Source: an uncultured Thermoleophilia bacterium (GTDB taxonomy: Bacteria; Actinomycetota; Thermoleophilia; Solirubrobacterales; 70-9). Taken from it: a stretch of DNA of 64,000 nucleotides. A model generated the notes under the pieces. That model was not told the origin of the DNA and did no database searches. It saw nothing but the letters and a program-made list of their open reading frames with translations. Each line of letters opens with the position of its first letter. Position 1 is the first letter of the stretch. The translations under genes and the position numbers were made by a program. Shown here in pieces: positions 56,195 through 64,000 of this stretch. The stretch is taken from NCBI GenBank assembly GCA_963708325.1, contig OY970203.1, positions 2,172,642 to 2,236,641 on the forward strand, written 5' to 3'.

Positions 56195-57073
56195 TCAGCG
56201 CGCCCGCTCGGGGAAGTCGCGGTTCGTCACCTCGACGGGCAGCGCCTTGACCTGCTCGAGGAACGCGGCGAGGTGGCCGGCGAGCGTGTGGAGCACGCGC
56301 TCTCCGTGCTCCGCCGACGCCTCGGACGGAGGCGGCGCCTCGGACACCCTGCTCGTGTACTCGAAGTCGTTCATCCCCAGGTGGATGTTCTCGGCCCCCT
56401 CGAACTCGACCGCCGTGCCGGTCCCGGAGCGCTTCGAGAAGGCCGGCCCCAGCCACTCGGGAGCGTGGATGTCGTACGAGCGGGCCAGGTACTGCTCGCT
56501 TTCGAACAGGCCGCCCATCAGCGCCATCGCCAGCGACGCCTCGATGTCGCTGGTCAGGCGGGCCGGCGGGGACTCGAAGATCTCGTTCACGGCGCCGCTC
56601 TCGCGGCCGCCGTAGAAGGCGACGAAGGCCCCGGTGCGGAAGCGCAGCGAGTACAGCACCTCCTCGGCCGCGTAGACGTTGGGGGCGTGCAGGCTGACGA
56701 AGACCAGCTTGTCGAAGCCCTGAAAGACGAGCGAGCGGCCGATGTCCTCGAGCAGCCGGCGGAAGGTCTCGGCTGTGATCGACACCGCGCCGCAGCCGTC
56801 GCCCGCCTCGCCGACGTGCATCGGCGCGAAGCCGAACGGCATCAGCGGGGTGTGCAGGACGTCCGCGGCGGCGGCGGCGCGCTCGACGATCGCGCGGGTG
56901 ATGATCCCGTCGAGCCCGAGCGGCGTGTAGGGGTTGCCGTGCCGCTCGACGGCGCCGATCGGGACGAGCACCGTGTCGAGGCCGGCGCCGAGGCGGCCGC
57001 GCACGGCCTCCGGCCCGAGCTGCTCGATGTCATGGGTCGTCTCCGCTGCCTGCGGGCCGCCGTTGTCGGTCAT
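56195..57073 (-). CDS. Creatininase-family amidohydrolase
   Basis: 292 aa. VLVPIGAVERHGNPYTPLGLDG and VFVSLHAPN resemble creatininase-family metal-site motifs. Confidence 0.6.
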   Translation of the reverse strand: MTDNGGPQAAETTHDIEQLGPEAVRGRLGAGLDTVLVPIGAVERHGNPYTPLGLDGIITRAIVERAAAAADVLHTPLMPFGFAPMHVGEAGDGCGAVSITAETFRRLLEDIGRSLVFQGFDKLVFVSLHAPNVYAAEEVLYSLRFRTGAFVAFYGGRESGAVNEIFESPPARLTSDIEASLAMALMGGLFESEQYLARSYDIHAPEWLGPAFSKRSGTGTAVEFEGAENIHLGMNDFEYTSRVSEAPPPSEASAEHGERVLHTLAGHLAAFLEQVKALPVEVTNRDFPERAR

Positions 57074-57166
57074 TGGTCCTCGCCCTCCTCGGAGAGCGGC
57101 GAATCCTATCGCCGGGCCGCGCTCGGCGGTCGGCGCGCTCGGCGGCGCTCGGCCCGGGAGCGCCCG

Positions 57167-58147
57167 CTACGGGGCGCCGGGTGGCGGTGGCGGGGCCGGC
57201 GGCGCGCCGGCCGCACGGGTCTCGCCGCCGCCGTCAGCGGGAGCGCCGGAGGGGCCGCCCGGCGCCTCGGCGCCGACCATGCTGGCCGCGACGGCCAGGG
57301 CGCCCCCGATCGCGAGGATCAGCGGCCACGCCCACAGCGACGTGGACCCGCTGACGGTCAGCGTGAACAGCAGCAATCCGACGAAGCCGATGTAGGCGCT
57401 GCCGCGATAGTTCTGCCAGGCCGTGTAGGCGATCAGCAGCAGCGACACGACCAGCAGGAACAGCTCCCAGCCGTTGCCCTGGCCGCCCGCCGAGGTGGTG
57501 CCGCCGGCGAATGCGGCGGCGAGGGCGCCGCTCACGGCGCTGGCGAGGTAGCCGATCGAGCCGGCCAGCACCGCCGTCACCCCGGCGGCGTCCACCAGGT
57601 AGTTGGCCTGGTCGGGCCGCTCGGCCCGCATCTGCGTGGCGACGGCGAGGAACACGATCGCCTCCACGATCAGCACCCAGCGAAACGTCTTGTAGCCGGG
57701 GTTGCTGCCGATCCAGTCGACCAGCGACAGGCCGGCGAAGGCGGCGAGAAGCGCTCCCAGGAGCATGTTGACCCGGGAGTCGAACCGCAGCGACAGCATC
57801 ATCGCGGTGGCTGCCGCGATTCCGAACGTCCACACGGGGGCGCCGCTGTGGCTGGACTGGAGCGGCTGGTCGACGCCGAGCACCCGGGCGAGCTGGATCA
57901 GCGTGAGCAGCAGCAGGATGATCCCGGTGACCAGGAAGGTGGACTGCCAGCCGGAGAGGCCGGCGCCCTCCTGGGCTCCGGTGAGCGCCAGGCCGAGCAG
58001 CAGCACGCACGGCGCAGCAAGCACCAGCAGCAGGGGGAAGTTCGCCCACGGCTCCGACTTGCGCGTGAAGATCAGCAACATGCCGACGGCGAAGACAACG
58101 CCGCCAACCAGCCTCACCCAATCCCGGTTCTGCTCCAGCTGCTGCAT
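57167..58147 (-). CDS. Polytopic integral membrane protein with Gly/Pro/Ala-rich tail
   Basis: 326 aa from the ATG at 58147, preceded by GAGGAGGAGGG. About 9-10 hydrophobic helices. Confidence 0.6.
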   Translation of the reverse strand: MQQLEQNRDWVRLVGGVVFAVGMLLIFTRKSEPWANFPLLLVLAAPCVLLLGLALTGAQEGAGLSGWQSTFLVTGIILLLLTLIQLARVLGVDQPLQSSHSGAPVWTFGIAAATAMMLSLRFDSRVNMLLGALLAAFAGLSLVDWIGSNPGYKTFRWVLIVEAIVFLAVATQMRAERPDQANYLVDAAGVTAVLAGSIGYLASAVSGALAAAFAGGTTSAGGQGNGWELFLLVVSLLLIAYTAWQNYRGSAYIGFVGLLLFTLTVSGSTSLWAWPLILAIGGALAVAASMVGAEAPGGPSGAPADGGGETRAAGAPPAPPPPPGAP

Positions 58148-58233
58148 TCGGTGACCCTCCTCCTCGATTCGCGACCAGCGCCTGTGATGCCGAACGCTAG
58201 CCGGCCCGCAAGACGCCACGCAAGGGGCCCCGC

Positions 58234-58980
58234 TCAGTGCTCGAGGACGAGGCCGAGAAAGCGCCGCGTGCGCTCCTCGCGGGCGCCGTCGAGGATCTCC
58301 GCCGGCGTCCCCTGCTCGACGACGTGTCCCTCGTCAATGAACACGATGCGGTCGCCGACCTCGCGGGCGAAGCCGAGCTCGTGGGTGACGACCACCATCG
58401 TCATCCCCTCCTCGGCCAGCTCCCGCATCACGTCGAGCACCTCCTTGATCAGCTCGGGGTCGAGCGCGCTGGTCACCTCGTCGAACAGCATCACGCCGGG
58501 CTCCATCGCCAGCGCGCGCGCGATCGCGACGCGCTGCTGCTGGCCGCCGGAGAGCCGCTCGGGGTACTGGTCGAGCTTGTCGCCCAGACCGACCCGCTCG
58601 AGCAGCGCGGCGGAACGGGCGCGTGCCTCCTCCTCGGAGCGGTCGAGGACGGTGGTCTGGGCAAGCGCCACGTTCTCGATCGCGCTCTTCGTCGGAAACA
58701 GGTTGAACTGCTGGAAGACGATCCCCACCCGGCGGCGGACGAAGTCGAGCTGCCCGCGGGTGCCGCGCGCCGTCACCTCATGGCCCTCCAGCAGGATCCG
58801 CCCCTCGTCCGGCGGCGCGAGCAGGTTTATGCAGCGCAGCAGGGTGCTCTTGCCCGAGCCGCTGGCACCGAGCACACAGACCACATGGCCGCGCTCCACC
58901 TCGAGGTCAATCCCGCGCAGAACGTGCAGGTCGCCGAAGCTCTTGTGCACCCCCTCGACCTTGAGCATCGCCTCGCCCAT
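58234..58980 (-). CDS. Amino-acid ABC transporter ATP-binding protein
   Basis: 248 aa. Walker [25 protein letters not shown] and [13 protein letters not shown]. Confidence 0.9.
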   Translation of the reverse strand: MGEAMLKVEGVHKSFGDLHVLRGIDLEVERGHVVCVLGASGSGKSTLLRCINLLAPPDEGRILLEGHEVTARGTRGQLDFVRRRVGIVFQQFNLFPTKSAIENVALAQTTVLDRSEEEARARSAALLERVGLGDKLDQYPERLSGGQQQRVAIARALAMEPGVMLFDEVTSALDPELIKEVLDVMRELAEEGMTMVVVTHELGFAREVGDRIVFIDEGHVVEQGTPAEILDGAREERTRRFLGLVLEH

Positions 58981-59009
58981 GCGATCAGCCTCTCATCGCA
59001 GTGCTCGGC

Positions 59010-59753
59010 CTATGTCGCCAGACCGCGCTGGTAGCGCGCCTGCTGGCCGGCGATCAGGCGGTCGACCAGCCGCGCCAGGGGGATGGTCACGACCACGAAC
59101 ATCGCCGCGCCCAGGGTCAGGGCCGAGCTGTTGAAGACCTCCCCTTGCACCGTGCGGCCCGCCTCGACCGTCTCGATCAGGGCGATCACGCCGACCAGCG
59201 AGGTGTCCTTCATCAGCGCGATGAAGTCGTTGAGCAGCGGCGGGATCACCTTGCGAACAGCCTGCGGGACGATCACGTGGCGCATCGCCTGGCCGTGGCT
59301 CATCCCCAGCGAGCGGGCCGCCTCCATCTGTCCGGCCGGCACAGCCTCGATCCCGGCGCGATAGACCTCGGCCATGTAGGCGCCATAGGTGATCGTCAGG
59401 GCGAAGACCCCGTACCAGAACGGGTCCGGCTTGCCGAACCACTGCGGGATTCCCACCGACTGCGGCAGCCCGAGGCCCTCCGCCACGGAGGGGAAGCCCC
59501 CGGAGATGAGCAGGATCACGAGCAGCAGCGGAATCCCGCGGAAGACGTCGATGTAGCCGATCGCGAGGCCCCGCACGGGCGCCAGCGCCCGACCCGGCAG
59601 CTGCCGCAGCAGAGCCAGCACCAGGCCCCAGGTCAGGGCGAGGATCGCGCTCACGATCGACAGCTCCACGGTCTGTTCGAACCCCTTCAGGACGAACGTG
59701 AAGTTGTCGGCCATCACGTTGAAGTCGAAGTACTGGTGGAAGAAGACGCTCAT
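59010..59753 (-). CDS. Amino-acid ABC transporter permease (His/Glu/Gln/Arg/opine family)
   Basis: 247 aa with the EAA-type loop EAARSLGMSHGQAMRHVIVPQA. Confidence 0.85.
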   Translation of the reverse strand: MSVFFHQYFDFNVMADNFTFVLKGFEQTVELSIVSAILALTWGLVLALLRQLPGRALAPVRGLAIGYIDVFRGIPLLLVILLISGGFPSVAEGLGLPQSVGIPQWFGKPDPFWYGVFALTITYGAYMAEVYRAGIEAVPAGQMEAARSLGMSHGQAMRHVIVPQAVRKVIPPLLNDFIALMKDTSLVGVIALIETVEAGRTVQGEVFNSSALTLGAAMFVVVTIPLARLVDRLIAGQQARYQRGLAT

Positions 59754-59816
59754 CGATCGAACCTCCAGACGTTCGGCGGTTGGGTCCCGGGTTCACGGGC
59801 GCAAAGGATCCACGAA

Positions 59817-59842
59817 GAAGGGGCGCCGGGTGGCGCCCCTTC
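59817..59842 (-). terminator. Perfect 11-bp GC hairpin between the binding-protein and permease genes (attenuator or terminator)
   Basis: GAAGGGGCGCC-GGGT-GGCGCCCCTTC, located 44 nt downstream of the binding-protein stop. Confidence 0.45.
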
Positions 59843-59885
59843 TCGAATCGGATCTGAGCGGATGGCCCGCCGCGGGCTTGCCTCG

Positions 59886-60683
59886 CTAGTCCGCTGCGGC
59901 GATCCCCTTGCAGGGCTCCTTGCCCAGGTACTTGTCGTAGATCTGGTTGTACGTCCCGTCGTCCACGATCTCCTTCAGCGCCTTGTTGACGTCGGCCTCG
60001 AGGTCGGCCGAGCCCTTCTGGAAGGCGAAGCCGTAGTGCTCGCCGGTCGGCAGGCGCTCGATCACGGTCAGCTGCGGCTTCGCATTCTCCGCGTACTTCG
60101 AGATCGGGCAGTCGTTGATCACCGCATCGACCTGTCCGTTCTGAAGCGCGTTGAACGCGTCGTCGATCTCGCCATAGGTGCGCACCGAGCTGGCCTTCGT
60201 CTTGTCCTTGGCATAGTCCGCCCCGGTCGTCGCCTTCTGGGCGCCGACGGTCTTGCCGTCGACGTCGGCGATCGTCTTGATGTCGCTGCCCTTCTTGACC
60301 ATCAGCGACTGGTCAGCAAAGGCGTACGGATCGGAGAAGTCGACCTCCTTCTTCCGGTCCGCGGTGATCGTCAGCGACGAGGCGACCATGTCGAACTTGC
60401 CCTTCGCCAGGTCTTGGATGATCGTGTCGAACGAGGTGTCCTTGATCTCGACCTTGCGGTCGAGCCGCTTGCCGATCTCCTGCACGAGGTCGATGTCGAT
60501 CCCCTTGTAGTCGGGAGCGCGGCCGAACTCGAACGGCGCGTAGGGGATGTCGGAGCCGACCACGAGCGTCTCGCCCGCCGCGCCGCCGGTGGTCCCTCCG
60601 CCGCCACCGCCGCATCCCGCCGTGATGCCTCCGATCGCCAGCGCCATCGCCGCCAGCACGATCCAAGCGCGCAAACTCCTCAT
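59886..60683 (-). CDS. Amino-acid ABC transporter substrate-binding lipoprotein
   Basis: 265 aa. Lipobox LAIGGITAGC and family-3 SBP motifs (GSDIPYAPFEF, GFDIDL-type, DAVINDCP). Confidence 0.85.
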   Translation of the reverse strand: MRSLRAWIVLAAMALAIGGITAGCGGGGGGTTGGAAGETLVVGSDIPYAPFEFGRAPDYKGIDIDLVQEIGKRLDRKVEIKDTSFDTIIQDLAKGKFDMVASSLTITADRKKEVDFSDPYAFADQSLMVKKGSDIKTIADVDGKTVGAQKATTGADYAKDKTKASSVRTYGEIDDAFNALQNGQVDAVINDCPISKYAENAKPQLTVIERLPTGEHYGFAFQKGSADLEADVNKALKEIVDDGTYNQIYDKYLGKEPCKGIAAAD

Positions 60684-60779
60684 CTGGTTCCTCTCCTCGT
60701 CGCCTGAGATGCAGCCACGAACATATCCTCCGAGGCGGTTTCGTGCAGCGATGCGCCGGCTACTACACTTTCTAAAGCG

Positions 60780-61748
60780 ATGTTCGAGGACTCACTCCTC
60801 AACCGCCCCTGCGGAGGCCGCTTCGCCGACATCCTCGAGGCGATCGGCTACACGCCGATGGTGGAGCTGCCGCGCCTGACGCCGACGCCGGGTGTGCGCA
60901 TCTACGCCAAGCTCGAGGGACGGAACCCGACGGGGTCGGTCAAGGACCGCGTCGCCAAGGCGATGATCGACGACGCCGAGTCGCGCGGGCTGATCGCGCC
61001 GGGCCAGACGATCCTCGAGCCCACCTCCGGCAACACGGGCATCTCGCTGGCGATGATCTGCCGGCGCAAGGGCTACCCGCTGAAGGTGGTGATGCCCGAC
61101 AACGTCACCGGGGAGCGCACCGAGCTGCTGCGGATGTACGGAGCGGAGATCGTCTATTCCGAGGGCGCCAAGGGCTCCAACGGTGCCGTCGAGCTGGCGC
61201 TCGAGATGGCGGAGTCCGACGCCTCGTACTACATGCCCTACCAGTACGGCAACGAGGCCAACCCGCGCGCCCATTACGAGGGGACGGCGGCGGAGATCCT
61301 CGACGAGCTGGACGAGGTGAGCGCCTTCGTCGCCGGACTCGGCACCGGCGGCACGCTGATGGGCTGCGGCCGCAGGCTGAAGGAGCACGACTCCGAGACG
61401 AAGGTCGTCGCCGCCGAGCCGATGCAGGGGGAGCTGGTGCAGGGCCTGCGCTCGCTGGACGACGGCTTCATCCCCCCGATCATCGACCTGTCGCTGCTCG
61501 ACCGCAAGATCATGGTCTCCAACCGCGACGCGATCACCTGGACGCAGCGCCTGCTGCGCGAGGAGGGCATCTTCTCCGGCGTCTCGGGCGGCGCGATCGC
61601 ATACGTCGCCGCGCGCATCGCGGGCGAGCTGGAGGAGGGCAACGTCGTCTTCCTGATCCCCGACGACGGCTGGAAGTACCTCTCATCCGGCGTATACACC
61701 AAGCCGGTCGAGGAGCTGGAGGGCATCGACTCGACCGTGTGGTGGTAG
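60780..61748 (+). CDS. cysM: Cysteine synthase, CysM-type (PLP-dependent, probably sulfur-carrier-dependent)
   Basis: 322 aa. PLP-Lys motif NPTGSVKDR, TSGNTGISLA, GLGTGGTLMG, and a C-terminus DDGWKYLSSGVY...VWW like actinobacterial CysM. Confidence 0.8.
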   Translation: MFEDSLLNRPCGGRFADILEAIGYTPMVELPRLTPTPGVRIYAKLEGRNPTGSVKDRVAKAMIDDAESRGLIAPGQTILEPTSGNTGISLAMICRRKGYPLKVVMPDNVTGERTELLRMYGAEIVYSEGAKGSNGAVELALEMAESDASYYMPYQYGNEANPRAHYEGTAAEILDELDEVSAFVAGLGTGGTLMGCGRRLKEHDSETKVVAAEPMQGELVQGLRSLDDGFIPPIIDLSLLDRKIMVSNRDAITWTQRLLREEGIFSGVSGGAIAYVAARIAGELEEGNVVFLIPDDGWKYLSSGVYTKPVEELEGIDSTVWW

Positions 61749-61778
61749 CGCCCGGGCCCCGCCCGCCGGCGCCGTACG

Positions 61779-62609
61779 TTGGGCGATAGCGCGCCCACCC
61801 GGTTGCGACCGGACAGCGAGCGACTGGCGGCGGCGGCCGGCCGGGTCGCCGAGCTGGCGGACTCATACGAGCCGCCGACCTTCGCCGAGGTCCCCGGACC
61901 CGACCCGGCGATCTTCCTCTGCGCGATCGACCACCGGACCGGCTACCGCGGCCGCTACCTGGTCGGCGGCTGCGGCCCGTACGAGGGCAGCGCCCTCCTC
62001 TGGCAGCTAGGCATCCGCGCCGAGCGGCGCAGCCCGGGCACGCTTGCGGCAGCGACCCTCGCCCGGATCGACGCCGATCGCCTCGCCGCGATCTTCAAGG
62101 TCGGCGGCGAGACCGTCGCCGGAACCGGCGTCCGCGCCGACCTGTGGCGAGATCTCGCCGACGGCCTCCTGCGCGACTACGAGGGCTCGGCCGAGGTTCT
62201 CCTCTCCGCAGCCGGGAGCACGCTGGGCGGCGCCGGCGGGCTGGTCGAGCGGCTCGCCGCTTTCGAGGCCTTCGCGGATCCGCTGCGAAAGAAGGCTTAC
62301 CTGTTCGCGAAGATCGCCGAGCGCCGCGGCTGGCTTGCGGTCGAGGACCCGGAGAGCTGGGAGGTCTGCGCCGACAACGTGCTGATGCGGCTGGCGCTGC
62401 GCTGCGGCCTCGTGCGCCCCGGGCCGCCGGAGGAGGTCCGCGCCGCCACCCGCGACGCGTTCGGAACGGTTGCGACCGAGTGCGGGCTGGCCGTGCCCCT
62501 GCTGGACGACCTCCTCTGGGAGCTGGGCCGGGAGAATGCGGACCTGCTCGGCACCGCCGGCGGCGACCTGGTCGAGCCGCCGAGACCCGACGGCGCCGCC
62601 TGGTACTAG
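61779..62609 (+). CDS. Hypothetical protein (possibly DUF2419 / queuosine-salvage-like)
   Basis: 276 aa. LRKKAYLFAKIAERRGW and VCADNVLMRLALRCGLV loosely parallel the family motifs. Low certainty. Confidence 0.35.
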   Translation: MGDSAPTRLRPDSERLAAAAGRVAELADSYEPPTFAEVPGPDPAIFLCAIDHRTGYRGRYLVGGCGPYEGSALLWQLGIRAERRSPGTLAAATLARIDADRLAAIFKVGGETVAGTGVRADLWRDLADGLLRDYEGSAEVLLSAAGSTLGGAGGLVERLAAFEAFADPLRKKAYLFAKIAERRGWLAVEDPESWEVCADNVLMRLALRCGLVRPGPPEEVRAATRDAFGTVATECGLAVPLLDDLLWELGRENADLLGTAGGDLVEPPRPDGAAWY

Positions 62610-62616
62610 TCGGCGC

Positions 62617-63414
62617 CTACCCCCCGATCGGCGCCCTCGGGTTGGCCCCCCAGAAGATCTGGGTGCCGATCATCCCGATGATGTGGACCATGACCATGTT
62701 CAAGATCATCGACTTGGCTGTCGCCTGGCCGACCCCGACGGGGCCGCCGGAGGCGTTGTAGCCGTAGTAGCAGCCCACCCCGACGATCACCGTCGCCATC
62801 GTCATCCCCTTGATCACCGAGTAGAGCAGGTCGGGTGGGTTCTGAAACATCCAGAAGATCAGAAAGTAGCCGCCGCCGGAGACCTCGCCGATCTGCTTTA
62901 CCACCGCCAGCCAGCTGGCAAAGAAGCCGGCGCCGACGCCGGCGATGTAGACGAATGGCAGCACCATCCAGGCGGCGAGGATGCGGGTGGAGGCAAGGAA
63001 CGTGATCGGTTGCACGCCCATCACCTCGAGCGCGTCGATCTCGTCGGAGATCCGCATCGCCCCCAGCTCGGCGACGATCCCCGTGCCCACCTTGGCCGAC
63101 ATGATGTAGCCGAACATGTAGGGGACCATCTCGCGCAGATCGCACCAGGCGGCAAACACGCCGGCGTAGGAGGGAGAGCCCGTGGAGCGGTTGAAGTAGG
63201 CGCCCTCGATCCCGCATTGCAGCCCCAAGATGAAGATCATCCCCCAGATCACCAGGGTGGAGCCCAAGATCAAAACGCCCGCCTGGCGCAGCGCCTCGCC
63301 GAAGAAGCGAAACACCTTGCCGTTAAAGACGTCGCCGAACTCGGCGCCGAAGAAGCGCACGATCTCGCCCAAAGAGGCGGCCCAGTCTCGCGGCACCGAG
63401 AGCCAGCCGGGCAT
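62617..63414 (-). CDS. MlaE/YrbE-family ABC transporter permease
   Basis: 265 aa. GAMRISDEIDALEVMGVQPITFL and multiple TM helices. Confidence 0.85.
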   Translation of the reverse strand: MPGWLSVPRDWAASLGEIVRFFGAEFGDVFNGKVFRFFGEALRQAGVLILGSTLVIWGMIFILGLQCGIEGAYFNRSTGSPSYAGVFAAWCDLREMVPYMFGYIMSAKVGTGIVAELGAMRISDEIDALEVMGVQPITFLASTRILAAWMVLPFVYIAGVGAGFFASWLAVVKQIGEVSGGGYFLIFWMFQNPPDLLYSVIKGMTMATVIVGVGCYYGYNASGGPVGVGQATAKSMILNMVMVHIIGMIGTQIFWGANPRAPIGG

Positions 63415-63433
63415 CAGCTCGCCGCTCCGCGGG

Positions 63434-64000
63434 TCACTTGATCACCGTCATCTCGGGATGGGTGGCCAAAAGCGTCTGGGTAAAGACGTAGTTGAAGGCC
63501 CAGATCCCCGCGAAGGCGATCACCACCGCCTCGTTTACGGCCCGCCCCACCCCGGCGGCGCCGCCCGTGGCGGTCATCCCCTTATAGCAGCAGACCACGG
63601 CGACGATCGCCCCGAACAGGCTGGTCTTTAACACCGAGCCCCACAGGTCCGTGACCGAGGCGTTGGAAAAGAAGGTCGCCCAAAAGCCGCCCAGCGGCTG
63701 GTGGTTTACGAGCTCGGCGATGATCCCGCCGAAGACGCCGAAGATCAGCGCGTAGACGTCGAGCAGGCCGGTGATCAGCATCAGCGCCAAAAAGCGCGGC
63801 ACGACGAGGTTTTTGATCGGATCGACGCCGAGCACCTGCAGGGCGTCCAGCTCCTCTCTGATCTTTCTCGCGCCCAGATCGGCGGTGATCGCGGTGCCGG
63901 CGACGCCGGCGACGATCATCGAGTCGACCCAGGGGGCAAACTCGCGGATCGAGGCCAAAACGAAAAAGCCGCCCAGTCTGTCCAGGGCGCCGAACAAAGC
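63434..64000 (-). CDS. MlaE/YrbE-family ABC transporter permease (partial; the N-terminus lies outside the window)
   Basis: GARKIREELDALQVLGVDPIKNLV. The frame is open to the window edge. Confidence 0.8.
   Translation of the reverse strand, partial: ALFGALDRLGGFFVLASIREFAPWVDSMIVAGVAGTAITADLGARKIREELDALQVLGVDPIKNLVVPRFLALMLITGLLDVYALIFGVFGGIIAELVNHQPLGGFWATFFSNASVTDLWGSVLKTSLFGAIVAVVCCYKGMTATGGAAGVGRAVNEAVVIAFAGIWAFNYVFTQTLLATHPEMTVIK

Noticed and set aside
55217-59134. 1305-aa forward ORF, the longest in the track
   Set aside because: It is antisense to five well-supported reverse-strand genes (LLM, creatininase, membrane protein, ABC ATPase, permease start). Its composition is dominated by Arg/Gly/Ala/Asp runs with no motifs.

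Overview
High-GC chromosomal window, Actinomycetota-like; the order cannot be assigned from sequence alone. The left third (about 1-19.4 kb) looks like an integrase-bearing accessory or defence island, with patches that are visibly lower in GC. It contains:
- an HTH/PIN toxin-antitoxin-like pair;
- a four-gene, translationally coupled Ubl-E2-JAB-E1 operon whose content and order match the Bil (bacterial ISG15-like) anti-phage ubiquitin-like conjugation system;
- an adjacent XRE plus ImmA/IrrE regulator pair;
- a complete type III restriction-modification system;
- several unassignable genes, including a frameshifted gene with a HEPN-type RNxxxH motif and a membrane-anchored Nudix-like gene;
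- an intact tyrosine integrase abutting a truncated paralogue, and two excisionase-type HTH genes.

A ~40-bp direct repeat (19.39 kb and 24.57 kb) brackets a Kup / USP / KdpE / N-terminally short KdpD potassium module.

The rest is mostly housekeeping or ordinary accessory metabolism:
- a DnaG-like membrane protein, a secreted glycoside-hydrolase-like protein, WS/DGAT and IspH;
- a delta-60-repeat protein and two NodB deacetylases;
- a split suf Fe-S cluster;
- a NarL-type two-component system and HtpX;
- a rhodanese-MoeB fusion with a ThiS/CysO-like carrier;
- a redox-enzyme cluster, an amino-acid ABC transporter, CysM and MlaE permeases.

I found no rRNA, tRNA or CRISPR array. Many long ORFs in the supplied track are antisense or off-frame artefacts of high GC. 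All functional calls rest on motifs read by eye; no database search was possible.
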